A stretch of DNA of 64,000 nucleotides, taken from Amoeboaphelidium protococcarum X5 (lineage: Eukaryota; Fungi; Aphelidiomycota). Below are positions 54,231 through 64,000 of this stretch, piece by piece (the first letter of the stretch is position 1; each line of letters opens with the position of its first letter). The DNA is taken from positions 1-64,000 of the forward strand of contig JALDTO010000213.1 in assembly GCA_023515725.1 (NCBI GenBank), read 5' to 3'. Position numbers and translations under genes: made by a program. Under the pieces are notes generated by a model. That model ran no database searches. It saw only the letters and a program-made list of their open reading frames with translations, and was not told where the DNA came from.

Positions 54231-56318
54231 TTATTGAGGACGAGGAGGATCGTATCGAAATGGAACCGGCCTTTCACCACCGTCACGATTTCTTGCCAGA
54301 AAGATGTGGCGAATGTTACGTGCCGCATTCACATCACGGTGCCAGATAGCTAAGCAATTGTTATTTGGACAATGCTTAATTCTCCATACTCGTGATTGAC
54401 CAAGCTCACTCTCGCAATTACTACATCTTTGACTGGTTCGATATTCAGGGACCAAGCGGACTCTGCAGCGTTTCTTCAGCTCATAAAACAGCCGCTTGTT
54501 AGGAGTCGCAGGATATCCAGGAGACGCAGTGTCAAAGTTGCCAGCGCCGTATGCAATGATGGTGTTATGGTCAAACTAACCATCTTGGCGGAGAGTCAGC
54601 ATACGCGCCAAATTGTCATAGGCCCTTTGGCGCTTGGAGAATAGCTTTCTCCTCAGCTTTCGCCACATCTCAGGACGGTAGAAGCCAGTGAATGCATCTC
54701 TATGTTGCAGTACGTACTGCAAATGTTAGATGATCCCCAGAAACGAAGTTGATTTGGCGGAAGGAATCTGGGCCATGGCATTAACGACCTCTGGAGCTAT
54801 TTCATTCCATGCAGCCTTCTTCTTTTCACCAAACTTTTCTCCGTTCTCTTCACGCCATCTAGCAGTCGTGTACACCAGCTCATGCGTTCCATCAGCAAAC
54901 GGCGTCTGATCGGTTGGAACATCTGCAATCCGGTCATCAGGACCACAAGAAGCAGCCAAAAGCACGCCACGATTGACGTCAATCCCGATAACGCGGGTCT
55001 CATTGTTTACATCCAGCGGTTAATATCCGGTACCATCGAAAGCGAACCCGTAGCGGCTAGCAGGAGGGGCAGGATAGGCAGGACGTAAAACGGAAGCAGA
55101 ACAGCCAACACCATCGGATGTTATGGAGTAGCCAAAACGTCTTCTCTGATTGCCAGTAGTGGAGACCTTGTTCAACTTGAAACATTGTGACCACAAAGCG
55201 TGAACATCCATCTGACGGACATCTGGCAGATTAGCAGCAACACATATCTCCTTCAGCACATTGGAGGTGATCAGGATGTGTTTCTGCGTAAATCCATTTA
55301 GAGGCAGCAACGCGTAAACGTTTAGTAGAGGACCTTCATTGTTTAGCAGATACTCCTCCTCATACATTTGATGATTACTTTCAAATGTACGAAGGATACG
55401 CCACATGGATTTCAGATACAGATGCCAGTTGTTCTGAAGACTAGCCTTATCCATTGGGAGATTGCAAAGGATGTATTGACGTGCACGCGTCTCGTAGTAG
55501 TCCATGTAATACACCACCAATTCTCCGTTACCACAATTGTCGATGATTTCTGCAGGATAAGGAGGCATTTCTTCAATATCTTCAGGTGGGTTTATCAACG
55601 CCAAGACATAAACAGCAAGGGTGCAAACATCATCCTCCTCCAAACAGAAGCCGAGATGTTTTCGAAACTTGTGGCGCAGCCATTGTTTCAGCCTTGATGG
55701 CAAGTTTGTGCTTATATGTCTAGCGCAATCGTCATTGTGAGCTGAAGCCAAGGCAGTAACCATGTTTGAGTAGCCTCGCATGTCACACCAAAACAAGTCA
55801 GCAGGACGACGAGGTACATAGTGTGCTTCAATAAACTCGTTTAAAGCCGCCCAGTTGCAGGTATTACGATTAAGCAGATCACGCCGCCTAGGATTAGCAA
55901 TCAAAGAGCTGAAGAAGTTACGCATCTACCCATTTGCGCCAAAGCGGATGTCTGGCATTGGAGTGTCAGGATTGTATACCAAATGATTAAGCACGAAGGA
56001 CAGGAGAAGTCTGCAAGCCTCTACTTTGAGATCAGTACAACGCGAAACCAAATCACTTATCTCATGCTTCACCGCGTCGATTTTGCAAAATACGTTTAAA
56101 CCGATAGGTACAGCTACGTAGGCTTCAGCCACAGGTATTCCCATATTGTCTTGTGGTTTGGCAGCATTTTTTGCACGAGGGACATAATTGGGACACAGTT
56201 TACTGGATGAGCGCTTGTGATCGTCGCGACCACATGCTTTACAATTTACTTCTCGTTGACGTTTACGCGGCGGTAAGGCACCACCGATATCAGCTACCTC
56301 TATAGGGGGATCTGCCAT
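54228..56318 (-). CDS. Fz1: Fanzor1 RNA-guided endonuclease (696 aa), apparently intact
   Basis: Four ORF-track fragments in one frame joined by TAR=Gln; N-terminal CxxC..H..C knuckle; FGYSITSDGVGCS; RuvC-I VIGIDVN; IIAYGAGNF; RuvC-II LVPEYRTSQRC; CxxC...CxxxxC zinc finger; RuvC-III WHRDVNAARNI. Confidence 0.9.
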
Positions 56319-56362
56319 TTCTGATTTTATTGAAGAAAAGAGTTGAAACCAGTCCGATTACG

Positions 56363-56395
56363 CTTTTATACCCAAAAAACCAACTTTATGATTGG
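56363..56395 (-). promoter_or_regulatory. CCAAT box and TATA box upstream of the Fanzor ATG
   Basis: Minus strand CCAAT (56395-56391) and TATAAAAG (56370-56363), about 45 bp upstream of ATG 56318. Confidence 0.5.
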
Positions 56396-56928
56396 CAGAA
56401 AATGGCTCGGACGAATCTCAAAATGGAGTCCCGCTTTGCCAAATCTAATTTTAACCGCTAAGTCAAGTAGTTACTATAAATAGGAGGAAGCAGATCAACG
56501 TTAAGATCTTGACACAAGATATAGACAGCCGCTAAATTGAGAAGTGACCAATGCGTCTATGGAACATCTAATGAAGTTAATCATCGGTTGATCAATGAAC
56601 GATATATATTTTGATTAAGCGCTATACATTTTGTTAAATTTATATTACGCATTATTGTACTTCGATTTACGCTTACATGGTAGTTTTGTTCGTGTGCAAT
56701 TATATTGGTACACATCAAGGCTTAATGTAGACATTTGTCATAGTAAAAGAGTCTTCTGATTATGACTTTGAATAATCGGCGGACAGCTGCAGTATATACT
56801 GAACGGTTACAGTATATTTTCCCCCCTTTTGGTTCCTCTTAACAGCCTCTACTCTTAGGTTGCTGACGCTTGTAACAGATGCTTCAATCGCCTCGTTTAC
56901 CTACAATCATAGTAAGATGAGAATTGAA

Positions 56929-57426
56929 TCAAACGAGGGTTCAATCGACAATATATATTCAAAGGTCGAACAGACTTAAGGGATATGTTTTTAGTGATTA
57001 ATGCTGGCATGATGCGTGTCAATAAAAATCCACCAGTGCCCGTTGTAGATTTAACGCGTCGCCTCAGTCGTCGTGGATTGGTCGTCTCCGTCCCCAGATA
57101 CCACAGTACAAAGCTCTGCTCATGTTGCCACCATGGGTGTAAAATTGGAAAAGGTTGGTTTCTCTACCGTCGCGTTAAGAAGGGTAGAAGGCGCGTCCCC
57201 AAGTAGTCCCACCCTGTGCTCTGTTGCTTTGATGCTTCTAGCTCCTTTCTGCATGTATCGTCCAGCTGTCCTGACCGTCAACAGAAGTAGGTGGAGTCAA
57301 GCTTAGCTTTTGCCCAAATTGCTAAGTCTAAGGCCTAACTTATTTGTATATCGGGATGTCAACGCAACTTAAAGCATGCTACTGATGGCAGTATATTTTG
57401 CGGAGAGTAGAGGACGCCCTGATTGA
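56929..57426 (+). pseudogene. Degenerate second Fanzor (C-terminal RuvC / zinc finger remnant)
   Basis: PPVPVVDLTRRLSRRGLVVSVPRYHSTKLCSCCH, then in a shifted frame YRDVNATQSM..GRPD; in-frame TGA upstream; RuvC-II Glu position is Arg. Confidence 0.7.
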
Positions 57427-57471
57427 AATCGTCGCGTTTGACACCACGCTTGACCTACTTTGTTGTGATTC

Positions 57472-57493
57472 GCTTAAAATGTGAAAAATACAA
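57472..57493 (-). repeat. Right TIR of the Fanzor element
   Basis: GCTTAAAATGTGAAAAATACAA|TA. Confidence 0.65.
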
Positions 57494-57548
57494 TATCCAA
57501 AAAATTACTCATTTTCACGATACTCATATAATAACAACTACCAGGAGA

Positions 57549-58520
57549 TCATCTGGACTGACGTTCACGCAAGATTTTGAGCAAAGCCAATACCAAATCT
57601 CCTCCACGTTGCTGCAATTGCTACAAGGTGACTCCAACAGATTACAGTAAATCATCAGCTTATCCATTCTGCAGCTTTTCACGCAACTGCTGAACCTAAT
57701 CCACGAAGCGCGGGTCTCTAATCAAACTCTATACCTGAGCATTGGTAAGTTGATCAGAATTACCACCTGGATGATGGGAAAACAATTAATCTCTAAGTAG
57801 ATTATTACTCAGCGCAGGTGTGACCACCTCTGGAGTAAACTGACTGAGAATGGGATTCTGCGAGTCTCCGCCCATATCAACATCATCTTGATTCTACTCA
57901 ACTGCAGCAGATCCACTCACGTCAGTATCAGTGTCCATAGCCAATCCTTGCTGTCTCAGCAAATCCATCAACTGTCTCTGCTCTGCATTATCCATGCCCT
58001 GAAGTAATCCAGCAACACCGTCTTGTCCGACAGGCATGTCTAGAGATACCGCTCCTGCTGGTCCATCCTTCAGAATCTTGTTCACTTTGGTGATCAGCTC
58101 CTTCTCCTTCTCCTTTCCGGCTTCATTATCCTCCAGTACAAAAGACTCCTAGATCCAGAAGAAAAGTCTTTAAGAGGAGGTGTTGAACTTGAGGACATAC
58201 ACTCCTCGTCCACCGTTAGCCTGTGGGATCAACTTAAACTCTGCGTCTCCCGGGAACATGATCAAATCATCTTCCACAGCAGCACCAATAGCACCATTCT
58301 CACGGCTCTTCCAGCACAGATGAACCAGCTAATCATCTTCATTCTTGGTGAGGTAGAATGATCCCTTGCGAGGATCAGCCGTGACTTGAGTTCCAACTCT
58401 GTTCAGTTTACCACACTTGAACTCGACCAGATGGCGAGCACTAGCACCAACTCCTCTCTAGTTATTACCTCTACCGGCTCCGGCAAACAAGTCAACCACT
58501 TACTAAGTTTACTAAGTCAT
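57549..58520 (-). CDS. RPN13: Proteasome ubiquitin receptor Rpn13/ADRM1 (323 aa)
   Basis: [51 protein letters not shown]; C-terminal DEUBAD-like helices. Confidence 0.9.
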
Positions 58521-58844
58521 TTTATCTCAAATGAAAGTGATTCTACGAAATATAGACTATCCTGACGTTATTGAAGGCGAAAAAGGAACAAGCTGTTTTA
58601 ACTATAAACGTTCTAACGAAAGGGAAGAAGAGGAGAAGGAGAGAGAGCGGCAAAAGATGACGATTCATTCTCTGCGCTGGAAAAGCCGTTTAGAAGAGCC
58701 AAAACGTTCCTTCAAAACGCGGAGCTTTCTGAAATTTCCTTTCTTGAAACAAAAGTTGAAATTCGTAAGATTATTTGCATCCTTGTAGGTGTGTATACAG
58801 TTTGGGGATTTGGAATTTAAAGTAAATCGATAGCAGTGAATATT

Positions 58845-59856
58845 ATGGGAGGTAATGTTTGATATTTTAAAAAATACCCTAATCTAATCTTAACTATGTA
58901 AATATATTGTAGCTGATTTGGATGCGTGGCTCGTTGAGGTAAAAGAGTGTAAGGCTTTGTAGGAGAAATAGATGAGGACATTGTGTGAGATTGTTCAGTC
59001 GTACTTGATGGAAGAGTCCAATGTACAGCCAATATCGAGTCCTGTGACTATTTGCGGTGACATTCATGGTCAGTTTTATGATCTCTTGGAGCTATTCAAT
59101 GTTGGCGGTGAGTGTCCAGATACCAAGTACATTTTCATGGGCGACTTTGTGGATCGCGGCTATTTTTCTCTAGAGACTTGGACACTACTCCTTGTGCTTA
59201 AGGCCAGGTACCCGGATAGGATAACTTTATTACGAGGTAATCATGAGAGTAGACAAATTACGCAGGTGTACGGATTCTACGATGAATGCATGTAAAAGTA
59301 TGGTAATGCAAATGTATGGCGATACTCGTGCCAAGTGTTCGATTACCTCGGCTTGGCTGCCATCATTGACGGCCGGGTGCTGTGTGTGCATGGTGGACTG
59401 AGTCCGGATGTTTCCACCATTGATGGTATCAGATCGCTTGATCGAGTAAAAGAGATTCCTCATGCCGGTGCTTTCTGCGATCTGATGTGGAGTGATCCTG
59501 AAGATATTGAAGGCTGGGCAGTGTCACCTAGAGGTGCTGGTTGGTTATTTGGTAGTCGGGTGACATCTGAGTTTAATCATCTGAATGGCCTCACTATGAT
59601 TGCTCGTGCCCATTAGCTCGTCCAAGAAGGATACAAGTTTATGTTTCCCAATGAGAATCTGGTTACTGTATGGTCTGCGCCTAATTACTGTTATAGATGT
59701 GGTAATGTGGCCTCCATTTTGTGTATTGATGACGTAGATGTTCCCGCCAGTCCGGTATCGAAAATTGATGATACCTGCTTCAAGATATTCTCCGCTGTGC
59801 CTGACCAAGAGCGTTTTCTCCCTCAGCGCAACAAACCATCTGAATACTTTATGTGA
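58845..59856 (+). CDS. SIT4: Ser/Thr phosphatase PP6/Sit4 catalytic subunit, 1 intron
   Basis: [50 protein letters not shown]; ends SEYFM. Confidence 0.9.
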
Positions 59857-60122
59857 TAAATTGGGAGCATTAGTTGTTCAATGTGCTGTAAATAAATATA
59901 ATTTTGTTTTGTAGTTAAAATTGAAAGCTGTTATAACAAAAGCCTTGATTAAATTTGAAACATTTATATTGTCATTGTGTTGTCCTCTTTCATTATCATC
60001 ATCACTATCGTCCTCATCACCAAATCACAATAATAATAAAAATAACGAAACGTTCATCATGCACAGCTTCTTCCATTGATTTGAACCGCTTATTGATTGT
60101 AAAGCTCCAACTTACTGTAGAA

Positions 60123-61673
60123 TCAAAATCCACTATTGGCAACAATGTAGTTGCCACAAATCTTATCATCAATAGCTGTCAGATTCTACTTGATACCAGC
60201 ACCCATTCTACCATAACGATAACAAGCCTCTTCTCTGAATACATCATACAGACGCCTGTTGTACTTTCTCTCCACTCTTCTATCACTCTCCGGATATGGA
60301 TGTCGCTGATGTATTAGAAAATCATCAGGCATAACCCAAAACTCTGCACCAGACAGAAAGATCTCATATAAACACGCAGCCTTATTCGCACCATACCCAG
60401 TAAATCGTTCATCACACCAAGGCAGGCCCTCCTTCTTCATCAGCACGTACGGCTCATAATTGTAATTGTATTGAGTCACCTGGTACGGCTGATTTGACTA
60501 TACCCATCGAGCATAGTCTGTGGGTCCGTGTCCTCTTTTCCAACTATCATGGAACATTACCAGATGATGTTTTTAGATGAACGGTATGGCCGCCTGCTTA
60601 GTGGACGGATACTAATCCACTTCCAACTCAACGGCAGAATTACTAAATTCAAAAGCTGGCACCACTAGAACTGCCGAGGCGTCCATCACTTTAGTCTTCA
60701 AGCCTTGTGGTATATTCTATGCAAAATTGGATTATAACTCGGTACATATAAAGAAATCGACATCCATAGTCATGATCAGATCAGATCTTGCAAACATTCT
60801 AGCTATATTGCGCCAATAGTTGAATTACCTGTCAAATTTATCGATAACCAGATGAAGATCGACATACTTTGCAAATTCTGCACTCTACTTAGTCATCTCG
60901 GCAACTTGATCTAGAGCATACTTGACATTCTCATCATCCGGCAGGTGTAATGTCACAGAAACCGGGCCATGATACTTGCGAACTAGTTGATCCAGCACGG
61001 GTAATCTACCAATTGTGATCAGAGTGGTAATTGTAATGTCATCCATCTTTGGAGTGTAAGACATTCTCAAATAGTATGGTGTTAGACTGGATGGCTTTAG
61101 TGCATGCTAGAATAACTTGCTATGCAGAATAGAATCAGACAATTGATGCAAAGGATTACCAAAAACCTGTACAGAACTGTCTGTTGCATAGTGCAGAGGT
61201 GAAAGTTATCTCAATCTATCGATCCATTTCTGCGATGTAGGCTAGTTATCAGATTAAACTTCACTATTTGCAGAGTCAATACTGCTACTCTATTGAGTAA
61301 GCCTAGATAGTGGACTCTACTTGGCAGAACGCACTCTCAACTGCACATTACTCATACCATTCCTGCTACCACCGCCCCCAACTGATGAAGCACCGTCCTA
61401 TTTCGAAACAAGAGACTTGGCCATATAGACAATATGAGTACTTGTATACGCCATAGATAGCAGCACATAGATAACAAACACAAACTTGATATACTTGAAA
61501 TATGAGTAATGCATCGATTGTGCAGATGATGGCTTCCTAACTTTATCCATCAGTGCAGGGAGACTATTGAAACTACTAATACTGCCTCCAGATTCTTTAT
61601 GCAATTTATTGTATTTATTATTACCACCACTACTACCACTACTAGTATTGCTGGTAGACGACGACGACTACAT
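60123..61673 (-). CDS. GT49 (LARGE / B4GAT1-like) type II membrane glycosyltransferase
   Basis: Single TM; DITITTL..GPVSVTLH..NYWRNIARM..MTMDVDF..LVVPAFE..GHGPTDYARW..YEPY..CDERFTGYGANK. Confidence 0.85.
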
Positions 61674-62354
61674 GCAAGACAATGCTGACCACACGAGACG
61701 AGTATTAAAAGTGGAAACAATAGAACTGAGAACTAAGTAAATGAATGAAGGAATAAGTGTTAGTGTATTCAAACTGCCAGACTTTATTTCTCTCTCTTTC
61801 GCTCTCTTTATCGTTGAAACGGAATGGAGTGCGACGAGGACGGCGACCAGGGAATCGACCTTTGCATCAATCAGTCAACAAAACAACGACGATGAGCGGT
61901 GGGAAATTAAGATGATACGTGACGCGACAAACAAGAAGGCGACTCGTTTCAGATTCACCCACAGATCAAACTCGCTCTCAGACCGACTTCCCTTTTGTCG
62001 AAATGACATTCATTATTCCTGGGCGTGTTCATCGATCACATCTATGTCATTTTATGTATAATGACGCGTTCATCTGTTTCAACAATGTCAATTTATGATG
62101 AGATTTATAGACTGTGGTTTTGAGGTCTTTTGTAGATGGATTTAATGTTGAATATGAAGGCGTATAAGTACTGAGTCAATGTGAGTGTATCTTCAGTTAT
62201 ATAGGGTGATAATGATTTATGGGATTGCGTTTCCTTAAAGAAAAATCAATTTTTTAAGGGCGATTCGACGAATGTTTTAGTTTCTTTGATTCGCTTTCAT
62301 GTGCTGAAGATTGGAAAACTCTGACGTTTATAATAATTTTTACCTGATTTCAGT

Positions 62355-63908
62355 ATGACGAGAGGGAACCATTCGCTACTTACTGATTTGTTCTAAGTCC
62401 TGCACCAGTCATCTAGAGTCTTGAATGTATCGCCATCCATAGTCTCCACGGGATCTAATAAGCTTTAATCTGGATTGCGGCCGCCGCGCATAGTGCCTGT
62501 AAAAAACAATTTCGCGCAAAATGCCTAGTCTTCAGGCTCATCATCTTTATAACAATCGGAACAAGATTTACCTGTTATTTAAAATGAAAAGAAATAACTA
62601 GTCGCTGCCAAGGTTCCAGCTTCCAGAGTGTCGCGTTTGGTAAATTATGGTCAGTTGGGTTTATCTATTGGTGTCAATATGCTGCGCGGTCAGTCGATAA
62701 AATCGTCTGATAATCTAGATACTATAGTTTCTATACTGTCTCGTATGAGAGGAGCTGCTCTTAAACTTGGTCAGATGCTGAGTTTGCAGGATTCTGAAAT
62801 ATTGCCAGAGCAGTGGCGACGCGTTTTAGTATAACTATAGAACTAAGCTTACTATGTGCCATTTGAATAAGTGGAGCCAATCTTGATTAAGGAATTGGGA
62901 AGTGATTGGAGAAATAAATTTTAGGATTTTGAAGAGACACCTAGAGCTGCGGCATCTATTGGTCAGGTGCACTATGCTCAATTCAAGTCTTCATCCGGTC
63001 TCATACCTGTTGCGGTGAAGATTTAGTACCCAAATGTTGCCAAATCAATCATCTCGGATCTCTCCACTTTAAAATTGATTCTGCTAGCTTCCAAACTCTT
63101 ACCCAAAGGTCTTTTTCTTGATAAGACACTTGAGGCGGCCAGGAAGGAGTTACTGCTTGAGTGTGATTATAGGCGTGAAGCGTAGATGATGACCATGTTC
63201 TCATAGCATCTCTATAATGATCCGAATCTTACCAGAGATACTGTGAGAGTAACGGTCCCCAAAGTGTTCACTGACATATCTTCAGATAATGTATTAGTCT
63301 CTGAGTGGAAAGATGGAATTACATTTGGAAATTTATTATCACCATCCTCTTCTAGAATTACTCAGTAGCGATTAAATGCTATAGGATAAAGTATGTTAAA
63401 GCTGTGCTTGAACGAGATTTTCACGTATAATCTTATGCAGACTGATCCCAATTGGTCAAACTTCCTATACAACTAGCTAAAGAATGAAGTTGTTCTACTA
63501 GACTTTGGTTCCAGCAAGAGCTTTGATGACAATTTCGTGAGTGTCTATCGACAACTGCTGATTAGCGCGGTGGATATGGACCATGACAATGCCATCAAGT
63601 TGAGCCAGGACATTGGTTATCTCACTGGATTTGAATCGCAAATGATGATCAGTGCGCATCTGAATTCTCTGTTCACTCTAGCGGTTCCATTTAGAAAGAA
63701 TGGCGGATAGATTTATGATTTTGGCCGCACTGGCGTCACGACTTAGGTGAGATCAGAGATTCCAATAATGCTAGAGCATCGTCTTACTCCACCGCCTGAA
63801 GAGACTTACACTCTGCACAGGAAACTTAGTGGGATCTTTCTGCTGTGCCAGCGTTTAGGTTGTCGGTTCAATGCAGCGTAACTATTCGACTCTATAGTAA
63901 GAAAGTGA
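62355..63908 (+). CDS. COQ8: Atypical kinase Coq8/Abc1 (517 aa)
   Basis: [73 protein letters not shown]. Confidence 0.95.
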
Positions 63909-64000
63909 TACCGAAAGATGATACATGATCAATAGAATTTCTATTAAAGGTAAGAAGACAATGATGAACGCGCTACATTTGCATTGCTTAAAAGTTCATT

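Larger units (their letters stand above)
54144..57493. mobile_element. Non-autonomous TIR element (Tc1/mariner-type ends, TA flanks) carrying two divergent Fanzor genes
   Basis: Imperfect terminal inverted repeats CTGTATTTTTCACAATTAAGC / TTGTATTTTTCACATTTTAAGC; TA at 54142-43 and 57494-95; sits between convergent YPI1 and RPN13; no transposase seen. Confidence 0.65.

Noticed and set aside
54228-56318. Bacterial IS605/IS607 TnpB contamination
   Set aside because: The ~700-aa length, Fanzor1-type motifs, use of host TAR=Gln codons, eukaryote-type promoter motifs and contiguous host genes on both sides argue against it.

Overview
Gene-dense eukaryotic nuclear DNA, about 38 protein genes, mostly intronless or with 1-2 short GT-AG introns. 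It uses a reassigned genetic code: TAA and TAG are sense (Gln) and TGA is the only stop. The supplied standard-code ORF track therefore breaks every gene into pieces, so I re-read the genes by hand with TAR=Gln; coordinates were counted manually. The fungus-like gene set plus this code points to the aphelid Amoeboaphelidium protococcarum or a relative (inference). Most notable: (1) a ~3.35 kb TA-flanked TIR element (54144-57493) with no transposase, carrying two divergent Fanzor (eukaryotic TnpB/OMEGA) genes, one intact with a putative omegaRNA and one decayed; (2) an apparent nucleus-encoded ATP8 with a C-terminal presequence-like tail; (3) a ~3080-aa Tom1/HUWE1 that stops before any HECT domain; (4) two tandem secreted DNase I-family genes; (5) an extended TGTAG 3' splice site in every confidently placed intron; (6) a 60-bp perfect palindrome inside a repeat-structured AT-rich block at the window start.
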